From Fidelibacterota bacterium (lineage in GTDB: Bacteria; Fidelibacterota; Marinisomatia; SCGC-AAA003-L08; TS1B11), in contig CP070787.1 of assembly GCA_020346745.1 (NCBI GenBank), forward strand, positions 2,104,174 to 2,156,850: 52,677 nt of DNA, given 5' to 3'. The notes beneath the pieces are model-generated. The model ran no database searches. It had not been told where the DNA came from and saw only the letters and a list, made by a program, of their open reading frames with translations. Within the stretch, counting starts at the first letter, position 1; every line of letters begins with the position of its first letter. Both the position numbers and the translations under genes were made by a program. Positions 28,437-38,231 of this stretch are shown piece by piece.

Positions 28437-29801
28437 CTAGAGAATATACCTGCTCAGGTCTTGATCCTTGGAGATAGCTTCCACCTTGTCCTTCACCATC
28501 TGTTTGGTAATGGGGATCTGTTTCTCGTTGCCCTCTGGTTGTTCAAACAGAACATCTTCCAGTAGGGTGGTCAGGATGGTGTGGAGCCGTCGGGCGCCGA
28601 TGTTCTCCATACTCACGTTCACGTCATGGGCGACCCTGGCAATCTCGTTGATAGCAGCCCGCTCAAACTTGAGATCCACCCCCTCAGTGCTGAGGAGCGC
28701 CGTATACTGCTTGATCAGGGCATTCCGCGGGTGGGTAAGGATCTTGATGAAGTCCTTCTGTGTCAGATCATCCATTTCCACCCGGATCGGGAAGCGCCCC
28801 TGTAGCTCAGGGATCAGGTCAGATGGTTTGCTCACATGAAATGCCCCGGCGGCGAGGAAAAGAATGTGCTCGGTCCTTACCACACCATACTTGGTGACTA
28901 CGTTGCAGCCTTCCACGATCGGGAGGATATCGCGTTGTACCCCTTCCCGGGAAACGTCGGGTCCTGATGTGGCCGATTCGCCGGCGATCTTATCCAGCTC
29001 ATCAATGAAGACGATGCCCATCTCCTCCACCCGGCTTAAGGCGTCACGTATCACCTCGTCCATATCGATGAGCTTGCTGGCCTCCTCGGACGCCAGGATT
29101 TTCCTCCCCTCGGAAACAGTGGTCTTCTGGGTGCGGCGCTTCTTGGGTAGCACGTTCCCCAACATCTCCTGGATATTCAAACTGACGTCATCCATTCCGA
29201 ATGGCCCCATGACCTGAAGTATCGGGGCGTTATCGGTATGGGTCTTGACTTCGACCAGCCGGTCTTCAAACTCACCAGCCTCCAGCCGTTCGCGCAGCTT
29301 CTCCCTGGTGCGCTGATGCCGCGCCTGAAGCTCCTCGTCCAGATCCCTCTCAATGGTCTCAGCGGCTACAGGCCTGGACCGGTCATCCACAGGAAACAGA
29401 ATATCCAGCAGCCGTTCGTTGGCTAGGGTGTAGGCCTTCTCCTCAACCTCGGTTTCCTTCTCGTGGCGGACCATACCTACCGACACTTCCGTGAGATCAC
29501 GGACGATGCTCTCCACGTCGCGGCCTACATAGCCCACCTCGGTAAACTTGGAGGCTTCCACTTTTATGAACGGCGCATTGGCCAGCATGGCTAGCCGCCG
29601 TGCAATCTCCGTCTTACCCACACCAGTGGACCCGATGAGGATAATGTTATTCGGCATAATCTCTTCGCGGAGGTGATCCGGAACTTGCAGCCGGCGCCAC
29701 CGGTTACGCATGGCGATGGCAACCGACTTCTTGGCCGCCTCCTGACCCACAATGTAACGGTCCAGCTCCTTCACAATCTGTCGTGGCGTCAATTCCTTCA
29801 T
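28437..29801 (-). CDS. hslU: ATP-dependent protease ATPase subunit HslU
   Basis: LTPRQIVKELDRYIVGQEAAKK, Walker A GSTGVGKTEIARRLA, and an intermediate domain. Confidence 0.96.
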   Translation of the reverse strand: MKELTPRQIVKELDRYIVGQEAAKKSVAIAMRNRWRRLQVPDHLREEIMPNNIILIGSTGVGKTEIARRLAMLANAPFIKVEASKFTEVGYVGRDVESIVRDLTEVSVGMVRHEKETEVEEKAYTLANERLLDILFPVDDRSRPVAAETIERDLDEELQARHQRTREKLRERLEAGEFEDRLVEVKTHTDNAPILQVMGPFGMDDVSLNIQEMLGNVLPKKRRTQKTTVSEGRKILASEEASKLIDMDEVIRDALSRVEEMGIVFIDELDKIAGESATSGPDVSREGVQRDILPIVEGCNVVTKYGVVRTEHILFLAAGAFHVSKPSDLIPELQGRFPIRVEMDDLTQKDFIKILTHPRNALIKQYTALLSTEGVDLKFERAAINEIARVAHDVNVSMENIGARRLHTILTTLLEDVLFEQPEGNEKQIPITKQMVKDKVEAISKDQDLSRYIL

Positions 29802-30340
29802 TTCAACTCAAGAATCGTCAATTGATCGTTTGAATAAATGCAGATATCAGCAGTGATTTCCAGGGCGGATTTTACAACGACTTTGGGGTCCTTTTCACCG
29901 GCCTTGATGAATGCTCGGGCTGCCGCCATCGCGTAGCCACTGCCGGAGCCTATGCTGATAACATTGTCCTCCGGATCGATGACGTCACCCGAACCCGAAA
30001 GAATGTAGCTATTCCGAGCATCCATAAGAGCCAGGAAGGCATCCAGCTCCCGCAGGTATTTATCGGTGCGCCATTCCTTGGCTAGCTCCACCGCAGCTCT
30101 TTGAAGGTTCTGGCTGTATTCCTCCAACTTGGCCTCAAACTTCTCGAACAAGGTAAGGGCATCCGCTACCGCTCCGGCAAAACCTCCCAAGACTTTCTCT
30201 CCTGAAAAAGCCCTCACCTTCACCGCCTTGCTCTTCAGCTGCATCTCCCCCATGGTTACCTGGCCGTCGCCACCCATGGCAACCTTGCGTCCCAAGCGTA
30301 CCCCCAGGATCGTGGTGGAGTGAATCGGCGTCTGGTTCAT
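29798..30340 (-). CDS. hslV: ATP-dependent protease subunit HslV
   Basis: TTILGVRLGRKVAMGGDGQVT. The catalytic Thr is preceded by an 8-aa leader, MNQTPIHS. ATGA overlap with hslU. Confidence 0.95.
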   Translation of the reverse strand: MNQTPIHSTTILGVRLGRKVAMGGDGQVTMGEMQLKSKAVKVRAFSGEKVLGGFAGAVADALTLFEKFEAKLEEYSQNLQRAAVELAKEWRTDKYLRELDAFLALMDARNSYILSGSGDVIDPEDNVISIGSGSGYAMAAARAFIKAGEKDPKVVVKSALEITADICIYSNDQLTILELK

Positions 30341-30357
30341 TGTGATTTCTCGCTCTT

Positions 30358-30390
30358 CAAAAAGTTGGGATCGGCCATTCGCGGCCGATC
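30358..30390 (-). terminator. Hairpin/terminator between rpoN and hslV
   Basis: On the minus strand: GAUCGGCC-gcgaau-GGCCGAUC (8 bp), then CCAAC-UUUUU. Confidence 0.55.
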
Positions 30391-30403
30391 TCCATTCTCC
30401 ATA

Positions 30404-31774
30404 TTAAAGTTCCCGTCTTAACCTTGCTACTGGCACCTTGAGTTGCTCCCGGTACTTGGCTACGGTGCGTCTGGCCACCGGGTAGCCCATTTCATTCAGC
30501 TTTCCGGCCAATGCTTCATCGTTCAGGGGTTTCCGCTTGTCTTCACCTTCAATGAGTTTCTGGAGCTCCTCTTTAATGAGGCGGGTGGAGACCTCTTCAC
30601 CCTGATCCGTGGTCATCCCTTCGGTGAAAAAGTATTTGAGTTCGTAGATCTGATGGGGCGTCTGCACGTATTTACCATTGGTCACTCGGCTGATGGTGGA
30701 GATATCCATATTAACATCCTCAGCGATATCCTTGAGTACCATCGGCCTCAGATGCCCGGTGCCGGTCCGGAAAAAATCCTTCTGCCGGGCTATAATAGCC
30801 CCCATTACCCTGACCATGGTATCCCGGCGCTGCTGCACCGCCTGGATGAACCAGCGGGCGGATTCAACCTTGCGCCGTACGAACTGCCGGGCCTCAGAGT
30901 CAACTCCCTTCTGGCCGGAGAGCATACTGATGTAGGCAGGACTCACATTCAGTTCGGGGAGAGTAGTGTCGTTCAGGGTGATAACCCATTTCCCGTCCTG
31001 TTCCTCTACCAGAAGATCTGGCACAATATATTCTCCGATGACCGTCGTTCCGCCTATCCCCGGCTTGGGATTGAGTCGAGTTACAACGTCGATGGTCTCC
31101 TGAAGTTCCTCCTCAGTGCATCCCAAAGCCTGCATAACGCGATGATACCTCCGGTTGGCAAAATCCTCAAAATGATTCGCCACCAAGGCCAGCGCCAGAC
31201 CGTCCACTTCCCTGGCCTCTAACTGTGCAATGAGGCATTCCTGCAGATCAACGGCACCAACGCCGGGGGGATTCAGATGCATGATCTGTTGACGCACCTC
31301 CTCGACCGCCTCTTCCGAGACTTGCAGACGGTCAGCAACCAGAACTGGCTCTGCCGTGAGGTAGCCCTCATTATTTATATTTCCAAGAATCTCATCGGCG
31401 ATTCTGAGGTCCTCTTCGGATAGTCCCAGGTCAACCAGCTGCCGGGTAAGGTTCTCCACAAATTCCTCCGAGGCCGCCAGCTGGATATCCACCTCCTCCT
31501 TGGAATAATCCTCGAAACGGGAAACGTTATAATCCTCTGGGCTATTCAGTAGTTCCTCCCAGTCGATCTCTTCTTCATTCTCCGCAGTGTCAGTGGCTTC
31601 ATCCGTGTTGGCAGGAAGGTCCTGCTCCGTCATCTCCAGGGCCGGATTCTGCTCCAGTTCCGCGAGAATCCGTTCCTCGAGCATGAGACTATTCAGCTGC
31701 AAAATACTCGACTGCAGGATCTGCTGTGGTGACAGATGCTGAACCAGCTTCTGCGTCTGTTGGAGGGTCGGCAT
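30404..31774 (-). CDS. rpoN: RNA polymerase sigma-54 factor
   Basis: N-terminal Q/L-rich region I (LSPQQILQSSILQLNSLMLEE), an acidic linker, and the C-terminal RpoN box ARRTVAKYREQL. Confidence 0.95.
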   Translation of the reverse strand: MPTLQQTQKLVQHLSPQQILQSSILQLNSLMLEERILAELEQNPALEMTEQDLPANTDEATDTAENEEEIDWEELLNSPEDYNVSRFEDYSKEEVDIQLAASEEFVENLTRQLVDLGLSEEDLRIADEILGNINNEGYLTAEPVLVADRLQVSEEAVEEVRQQIMHLNPPGVGAVDLQECLIAQLEAREVDGLALALVANHFEDFANRRYHRVMQALGCTEEELQETIDVVTRLNPKPGIGGTTVIGEYIVPDLLVEEQDGKWVITLNDTTLPELNVSPAYISMLSGQKGVDSEARQFVRRKVESARWFIQAVQQRRDTMVRVMGAIIARQKDFFRTGTGHLRPMVLKDIAEDVNMDISTISRVTNGKYVQTPHQIYELKYFFTEGMTTDQGEEVSTRLIKEELQKLIEGEDKRKPLNDEALAGKLNEMGYPVARRTVAKYREQLKVPVARLRREL

Positions 31775-31778
31775 AACC

Positions 31779-32540
31779 CTAGGTCCTCTGTCGCTCCAGC
31801 TTAAAACTCCGGCCTAGGTACAGTCGGCGGGTCTCCTCGTCTGATGCCAGCTCTTCCGCAGAACCCGATTTCATCAGGGCGCCATCATACAGGAGATAGG
31901 CACGATCGGTGATGCTGAGCGTTTCCCGTACATTGTGATCAGTAATAAGTACCCCGATGCCCCGCTCGCGCAACTGCACGACAATATTCTGAATCTCTTC
32001 CACGGCGATAGGATCCACGCCCGCAAACGGCTCATCAAGCAGCATGAAACTGGGATCCAACACTAGGCTGCGGGCAATCTCGGTACGACGTCGCTCACCT
32101 CCGGATAGTGTAGTGGCTTTGCTCTTGCGAAGATGGGCAATGTGCAGCTCCTCTAGCAATTTTTCCAGACGCTCCTCTTGTTCCTCCTCGCTGAAATCGC
32201 TCATCTGGAGAACCAGCCGCAGGTTTTCCTCCACCGTCAGACGTGTAAAGACCGAGGGTTCCTGTGATAGATAGCCGATCCCTTTCCGCGCCCGCAAGTA
32301 CATGGGCATCTGAGTAATATCTTCTCCATTCAGCCCAATCTTGCCCGCTGTGGGCCGGATCATGCCGGTGAGCATATAAAACGTAGTGGTCTTACCAGCA
32401 CCGTTCGGCCCCAGTAGACCCACGACCTCCCCACGCTGAACTTCCAGGGATACGTCGCGTACCACCTCACGCTGACCATAGGTCCGGTATAGACCTCTAC
32501 CGGCAAGAATCCGCTGCTGCTCAAAGTCGACCTTATTCAT
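31779..32540 (-). CDS. lptB: LPS export ABC transporter ATP-binding protein LptB
   Basis: GLLGPNGAGKTTTFYML, LSGGERRR, LLDEPFAGVDP. I prefer ATG 32540 (8-nt overlap with lptC) over the track's GTG 32561. Confidence 0.93.
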   Translation of the reverse strand: MNKVDFEQQRILAGRGLYRTYGQREVVRDVSLEVQRGEVVGLLGPNGAGKTTTFYMLTGMIRPTAGKIGLNGEDITQMPMYLRARKGIGYLSQEPSVFTRLTVEENLRLVLQMSDFSEEEQEERLEKLLEELHIAHLRKSKATTLSGGERRRTEIARSLVLDPSFMLLDEPFAGVDPIAVEEIQNIVVQLRERGIGVLITDHNVRETLSITDRAYLLYDGALMKSGSAEELASDEETRRLYLGRSFKLERQRT

Positions 32541-33090
32541 CGATCCCAAATCCTCGCTCACTTACCCCCCAGGGCTGATATATCTTCCAATGGGTCAGGT
32601 CCACATCCGACTCAAAACCCACGCCATAAAGCGTGTCGTACTCGAGGGTCGTAAACCTGACCGTATCTTCGGTGGCAACCATGTCATACGTATCATCCCA
32701 CCGCAAGGTCTCAGTCTCTAAGACCAGGCCGCTATCCGAACGTATGATCACATGTCCAAACGCGCTCATGGTGTTGGCCCGTGTGTTTATATCAGCGCTA
32801 TCGGCAAACAGGTGGCTCATGTGCAGCCCCTGTTCATCATAGAAATCTACATTGACTTCACCGACGAGGTGAGCCATATCGCGATCATTATACTTGATCA
32901 TGCGCCGAGAATCGGCGGCCGCAACCAGCTGGCCACTACGGGAAATGACGACCTTGCTCCCCCAACTCTCATGATCGGGATACATATCTTTGCTACTACC
33001 GCGCTGCTTGATTACCGCAGATTCCTGGCATGCCGTGCAAAACAATGCCAGAATGGCTAGCTGGAACACAGGTGATAAATCGATTCTCAC
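32533..33090 (-). CDS. lptC: LptC-like LPS export periplasmic/anchor protein
   Basis: 185 aa. N-terminal anchor/lipobox LALFCTAC, then an OstA-like beta-jellyroll-sized domain. It sits in the canonical kdsD/kdsC-lptC-lptB position. Confidence 0.7.
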   Translation of the reverse strand: MRIDLSPVFQLAILALFCTACQESAVIKQRGSSKDMYPDHESWGSKVVISRSGQLVAAADSRRMIKYNDRDMAHLVGEVNVDFYDEQGLHMSHLFADSADINTRANTMSAFGHVIIRSDSGLVLETETLRWDDTYDMVATEDTVRFTTLEYDTLYGVGFESDVDLTHWKIYQPWGVSERGFGIDE

Positions 33091-34076
33091 CTGCGAATCC
33101 CTGACTTGAGTATATCATGGATATGAATTAAACCTTGTGGACGGGAATGGTTTTTTTCATCCATGACGAATAATGAGGTAATAGAATGATCCTCCATCGT
33201 AGCCAGGGCATGTACCGCCAGGTCGGTAGCCAGCACCCATTTCGGATTGGGAGTCATGACCTCACTGGCATTCAGATCCAACATATGATCATCCCGTGCT
33301 AAACCACGCCGCAGATCGCCGTCAGTAATCGCACCTACCAGAATCCCCTCATCATCCACGACGCCGGTGATGCCCAAGTTTTTTTTCGTGATTAGAGCGA
33401 TAACCTCGCGCATCACGGTATCCATGTGAACAAGGGGAAGTGCGTCGCCAGTATGCATCAGTGCAGTCACTGTCGTAAGTAATTTCTTGCCTAAGGCACC
33501 CCCGGGGTGATAGTGAGCGAAGTCTTCTGGCTTGAACTCCCGCAACTCTAATAAGGCCATCGCCAGAGCATCACCCAGAGCAAGGGCCGCGGTAGTACTC
33601 GTGGTAGGTGCCAGATCCATCGGGCAGGCTTCCCGTTCCACGCTGGCATCCAGGGCAACATCGGCAGCATGACCGATGGTGGATGCTACACGACCGAGAA
33701 TAGCCACCACGGGCACTTTCAACAACTCCACGGTCGGCAGCATTTTCAGAATATCTTCGGTCTCGCCACTGTTCGACACCACCAGCAGCAGATCATCCTT
33801 GCTGAGCATCCCAATATCTCCGTGTAGGCTCTCACTGGGATGGAGATATAGTGAAGGAGTACCGGTACTCGTCAAAGTGGCAGCGATTTTCCGCGAGATC
33901 TGGCCTGACTTGCCCATGCCCGTCACCACCACGCGACCACGACAGTCAAACATCAGCTGTACCGCTTGATCGAATTCCGGGCCGATGCGATCTATCAGGG
34001 CAGAGACTGCCTCCGCTTCATGCCGGAGGACATCCTTTGCGGCGGCCCGAACATCCTTTTTCTTCCGATTGCTCAT
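33087..34076 (-). CDS. kdsD: Arabinose-5-phosphate isomerase (SIS + tandem CBS)
   Basis: VVVTGMGKSGQISRKIAATL, SNSGETEDI, and a C-terminal CBS pair. Confidence 0.93.
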   Translation of the reverse strand: MSNRKKKDVRAAAKDVLRHEAEAVSALIDRIGPEFDQAVQLMFDCRGRVVVTGMGKSGQISRKIAATLTSTGTPSLYLHPSESLHGDIGMLSKDDLLLVVSNSGETEDILKMLPTVELLKVPVVAILGRVASTIGHAADVALDASVEREACPMDLAPTTSTTAALALGDALAMALLELREFKPEDFAHYHPGGALGKKLLTTVTALMHTGDALPLVHMDTVMREVIALITKKNLGITGVVDDEGILVGAITDGDLRRGLARDDHMLDLNASEVMTPNPKWVLATDLAVHALATMEDHSITSLFVMDEKNHSRPQGLIHIHDILKSGIRR

Positions 34077-34084
34077 TATTTAAC

Positions 34085-34621
34085 CTAGCCGGGCCACCGG
34101 GCCTCATGAATGTTCGCTCGCAGACCGGCGACGACCTCCTCAAACCGTCCTTGCTGCCTCAATATCCATTCCACAACCTCCCTGAGCACCCCTTGACCAC
34201 CAGAACACTCGGTAATATATACCGCCATCTTCTTGACCAGCGGATGAGCGTTGGGAACACTCACCGGCACCCCAACCCGTTCCATTACCGGAATATCAAT
34301 CAGACCATCACCAATGTAGACGACCTCAGGGGCATCGAGCGCTAATTTTTCCAGCAGAATTTCTAAGGCCTCCAGTTTGTTCATATATCCCTGATAAACG
34401 TGGTCGATCTTGAGCTGCCGAGCACGGACAGCGGTCGCTTCCGAATCGCGCCCCGAGATAAATGCCAAGAGTAGCTGAGCCTGTCTAGCCAACGCCGTCC
34501 CCACTCCATCCTCAACGGTAAACCGCTTGAGCTCATAATCGTTGGGGCCTACGTATATAGAGCCATCAGTGAGGACGCCATCCACGTCCATGAAGATAGC
34601 CTTTACTTGCTCAATCCGCAT
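34085..34621 (-). CDS. kdsC: 3-deoxy-D-manno-octulosonate 8-phosphate phosphatase
   Basis: HAD motif I FMDVDGVLTDG and YIGDGLIDIPVM. Confidence 0.9.
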   Translation of the reverse strand: MRIEQVKAIFMDVDGVLTDGSIYVGPNDYELKRFTVEDGVGTALARQAQLLLAFISGRDSEATAVRARQLKIDHVYQGYMNKLEALEILLEKLALDAPEVVYIGDGLIDIPVMERVGVPVSVPNAHPLVKKMAVYITECSGGQGVLREVVEWILRQQGRFEEVVAGLRANIHEARWPG

Positions 34622-34631
34622 TTGTAACTGA

Positions 34632-35453
34632 TTAGTCTTGATTGCGCACCTCCAGATAGGCTTTGCGTATTGCCAGTACCTCGTGCATCAAACTTTCGAA
34701 GCGCTCAAAGGGCCATTGCGTGGCGGCATCACTCAGGGCGTGCTCCGGTTGATCATGAACCTCAATGAACAGGCCATCACAGCCAGCGGCCACGGCGGCT
34801 CGGGCCACCGTCGGGATATACTGACGTAATCCTCCCGTTTGATCTCCCTGTTCACCGGGGAGCTGGGCTGAATGGGTGGCATCAAAAATCACCGGAACGC
34901 CCAACTCCTGAATGATGGGAATGGATCGCAGATCAGAAACCAGATTGTGGTATCCAAAACTGGAGCCGCGTTCAGTCACGGCCAGGTTCCTGCAGCCCGC
35001 CTCCTTGAGCTTATCGATGATGTGAACCACTTCCCAGGGAGATAGAAATTGACCTTTTTTAACATTGACTGCCACACCGGTCCGGGCAGCAGCAGTAAGT
35101 AAGTCCGTCTGGCGAGAAAGAAAGGCGGGAATCTGGATAACATCCACCACATCGGACAATTGATCCGGTTGATTAGGCGTATGAACGTCCGTTAGAATGG
35201 GTAAGCCAACCTCTGCCTTGATCCGCTTGAAGATTACCCGGGCTTCGTCCAGGGAAATTCCCCGGAAGGCTGTTGCCGACGTGCGGTTGGCTTTGTCGAA
35301 ACTGGTCTTGAAGATCAATTGCAGACCGAGTCGCTGGCTGGCTCCGGCCAGCAGCTTGGCCATCTTCATGACGTGCGCCTCAGATTCGATGACACACGGC
35401 CCGGCAATGATTGGGAGCGAATCATCGGCAAAGGCGTACGGGCCGAACTTCAC
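34632..35453 (-). CDS. kdsA: 2-dehydro-3-deoxyphosphooctonate aldolase (Kdo8P synthase)
   Basis: IAGPCVIES, FKTSFDKANRTS, IPAFLSRQTDL, VIFDATHS. Confidence 0.95.
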   Translation of the reverse strand: MKFGPYAFADDSLPIIAGPCVIESEAHVMKMAKLLAGASQRLGLQLIFKTSFDKANRTSATAFRGISLDEARVIFKRIKAEVGLPILTDVHTPNQPDQLSDVVDVIQIPAFLSRQTDLLTAAARTGVAVNVKKGQFLSPWEVVHIIDKLKEAGCRNLAVTERGSSFGYHNLVSDLRSIPIIQELGVPVIFDATHSAQLPGEQGDQTGGLRQYIPTVARAAVAAGCDGLFIEVHDQPEHALSDAATQWPFERFESLMHEVLAIRKAYLEVRNQD

Positions 35454-37090
35454 GGTTCGCTTTTCCTCTTGTACTGCACCGCCGCTCGAATAAACTCCCG
35501 GAATAACGGATGCGCCCTTACCACTCGACTCTTCAGCTCAGGGTGAAACTGGACACCCACAAACCAAGGGTGATTCGGTATCTCGATCATTTCCACCAGA
35601 TCCAAATCGGGATTTATTCCACTGAAGATCATACCATCAGCTTCTAACTGTTTCCGATAAGCATTGTTCAATTCGTAACGATGGCGGTGGCGCTCGCTTA
35701 TCCGACGAGAGCGGTATGCGGCATAAGTCCGTGTCCCTGTCTTCACTACACAGGGATAGGCGCCCAGACGCATCGTGCCACCCTTTTTTTTCACCCCCTG
35801 CTGACTATCCATAAGGTCCACCACTGGATGGGAGGTGGCCGGATTGAATTCCGTGCTGTCGGCATCTTCCAAGCCACCGATATGCCGCGCAAAATCGATG
35901 ACGGCGCACTGGAGCCCCAAGCAAATCCCCAGAAACGGCAGCCGATTCTCACGGGCGTGCTTCGAGGAGCTGATCTTCCCCTCAATACCCCGCTCACCGA
36001 AACCACCAGGGATGAGAATGCCGTGCACTCCCTTAAAGGCAGTGGTCGGGTCGGCTCTTTTTTCCAGCCATTCCGTATCCACCCACTTGACCTTTACCCG
36101 GGCATCATTTTCTACACCAGCATGAATGAATGCCTCAAGAATGCTTTTATAGGCATCGGGGAGGGCATTGTACTTGCCGCACATGGCAATGGTGACTTCA
36201 TAGCTGGGCTGTTTGAAGCGCGTAATGAATTCCTGGAGGAAGGATGAAGACTCATCCTCTACCTTCAATCCCAGCTGCCAGGCTACCTCGCGGTCCAGAC
36301 CCTGTTCCTGGAGTACCAGAGGAATCTGGTAGATGCTCTCTACATCGGGCGATTCGAATACGTGCTCGGGGAGCACACTGGAGAACAGGGCAATCTTAGC
36401 CCTGACATCATCGGTCAGGTGATAGTCTTCCATGGTGCGGCAGACTAAAATATCAGGTTGCAGGCCGATCTCCCGCAAGCGCTGGACACTATGTTGGGTA
36501 GGTTTGGTCTTTAATTCCTCACTTTTTGGGATAAAAGGCACCAGGGTCAGATGCATGATCAGGTAGTTCTGCCTGCCCACTTCCAGACAGAGCTGGCGGA
36601 TGGCTTCCAGGAAGGGCTGTCCCTCAATATCTCCCACCGTTCCACCAACTTCGCTGATGATCAAGTCATATTTGCGGCGGGGATTTACCAGCTTGATACG
36701 CCGTTTTATCTCATCCGTGATATGGGGGATCACCTGCACCGTCTGACCCAGGTAATCGCCCCGCCGCTCCCGATCTAAAACCTCCCAATAAACTTGGCCG
36801 GTGGTGGTATTGTTCAGTAGAGACATATCGATGTCGATGAAGCGCTCATAATGGCCCAGGTCCAGATCAGTCTCTGAACCATCATCAAGAACGAAGACCT
36901 CTCCATGCTGATAGGGATTCATGGTGCCGGGATCTACATTCAGGTAGGGGTCCAGTTTCTGGATAGTCACCTTCACGCCCCGTGTTTTAAGGAGATACCC
37001 CAAAGAGGCGGAAAGTATGCCTTTACCCAGGCCGGATATCACACCGCCCAAGATGAAGATATATTTTACAGGTGGACGTTCCCTACTCAT
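35450..37090 (-). CDS. pyrG: CTP synthase
   Basis: KYIFILGGVISGLGKG, and GATase GICLGLQ..HRHRYE. Confidence 0.97.
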   Translation of the reverse strand: MSRERPPVKYIFILGGVISGLGKGILSASLGYLLKTRGVKVTIQKLDPYLNVDPGTMNPYQHGEVFVLDDGSETDLDLGHYERFIDIDMSLLNNTTTGQVYWEVLDRERRGDYLGQTVQVIPHITDEIKRRIKLVNPRRKYDLIISEVGGTVGDIEGQPFLEAIRQLCLEVGRQNYLIMHLTLVPFIPKSEELKTKPTQHSVQRLREIGLQPDILVCRTMEDYHLTDDVRAKIALFSSVLPEHVFESPDVESIYQIPLVLQEQGLDREVAWQLGLKVEDESSSFLQEFITRFKQPSYEVTIAMCGKYNALPDAYKSILEAFIHAGVENDARVKVKWVDTEWLEKRADPTTAFKGVHGILIPGGFGERGIEGKISSSKHARENRLPFLGICLGLQCAVIDFARHIGGLEDADSTEFNPATSHPVVDLMDSQQGVKKKGGTMRLGAYPCVVKTGTRTYAAYRSRRISERHRHRYELNNAYRKQLEADGMIFSGINPDLDLVEMIEIPNHPWFVGVQFHPELKSRVVRAHPLFREFIRAAVQYKRKSEP

Positions 37091-37793
37091 CCCAGCTTTC
37101 TACTACACGCTCAAGGTCCTTTGGCGTATCCACTCCTATACATACACAGTCTGTGGTGATCAATCCGATAGAAGCCCCCATTTCCAGGGCGCGCAACTGT
37201 TCAAGGCGGTGCTCTGTCTCCTGGGAACTGGGGGTCTGGGCGGTGAACTGAAACAGGAAATCCCGCCGGTAGGCATACAAGCCGATGTGACGCAACAGTT
37301 CCCCCTTCGGCGGCGGAGCGGGCAATGTCCGGTAAAAACCGGTCGCTAAACCATCCCGGCCAATAACTTTGACTACATTTGGATCCACTACTTCATCAGA
37401 TGTGATAGTTGTTGAGCCAACCGTGCCCATGGGCAGATGTCCATGGCGCTGCATGTAAGTGACCAGCTCATCGACCACGCTGGTGTCAAGCTTGGGCTCA
37501 TCACCTTGAATATTGATAACCAGATCAGCTGTCAGGTTTTGGGCTGCTTCAGCTACGCGGTCCGTACCACTCGAATGCTCAGAACTGGTTAGCATCACTC
37601 TATCACCTAATTGGATGCAGGTCTCGGCCACCAGTTGAGAATCGGTAGCGATGATCACTTCTTCAAGGGTGCTGCATTCAGCAGCTCGTCTATAAACGTG
37701 GTGGACCATGGGGTAGTCATGGATGGGAGCAAGGACTTTACCTGGGAATCTGGTGGAGGCATACCGGGCAGGGATAATGCCGACTGCGGTCAT
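37083..37793 (-). CDS. kdsB: 3-deoxy-manno-octulosonate cytidylyltransferase (CMP-Kdo synthetase)
   Basis: GIIPARYASTRFPGKVL, NIQGDEP, LEQLRALE. Confidence 0.93.
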   Translation of the reverse strand: MTAVGIIPARYASTRFPGKVLAPIHDYPMVHHVYRRAAECSTLEEVIIATDSQLVAETCIQLGDRVMLTSSEHSSGTDRVAEAAQNLTADLVINIQGDEPKLDTSVVDELVTYMQRHGHLPMGTVGSTTITSDEVVDPNVVKVIGRDGLATGFYRTLPAPPPKGELLRHIGLYAYRRDFLFQFTAQTPSSQETEHRLEQLRALEMGASIGLITTDCVCIGVDTPKDLERVVESWDE

Positions 37794-38128
37794 CGGTCGG
37801 TCTTGATGACCTGGGGAACCATGAAAAACTCACCGTCGGTAGCCCGTTTCTTATCAGGCTCTTCTTCCGTCACCGGCGCATTGGCCAGAACCTTTTCACG
37901 GGGCAAAGATTCGGCGTGTTCATCCTTGCGAGCGACATTCACCAGATCGAGAACATGGGACAGGGGTTCCACATCGGCGACATCCAGCTTCTCCAGTGCC
38001 TGAACATGCTCCAGAATAGCGTTGATCTGCTCCGTATAAACGTCGCATTTCTCATCGTCCAGATGCAGCTTGGCCAAATTGGCGATTTTAAGGATTTCTT
38101 CTCGTGAAACGGTCTGCTTATCAGTCAT
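37790..38128 (-). CDS. gatC: Glu/Asp-tRNA amidotransferase subunit C
   Basis: Trimmed to ATG 38128. EEILKIANLAKLHLDDEK..ILEHVQALEKLDVADVEP. Confidence 0.85.
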   Translation of the reverse strand: MTDKQTVSREEILKIANLAKLHLDDEKCDVYTEQINAILEHVQALEKLDVADVEPLSHVLDLVNVARKDEHAESLPREKVLANAPVTEEEPDKKRATDGEFFMVPQVIKTDR

Positions 38129-38231
38129 GGCTCGGGCGTTTACAATAATCGTGCCATGGCAAGTTACGAGGGGCAAAATAGGAATACAAGGAGATTGGAA
38201 ACGTGGCACCTGCACCTACGGAAGGAGCAGG

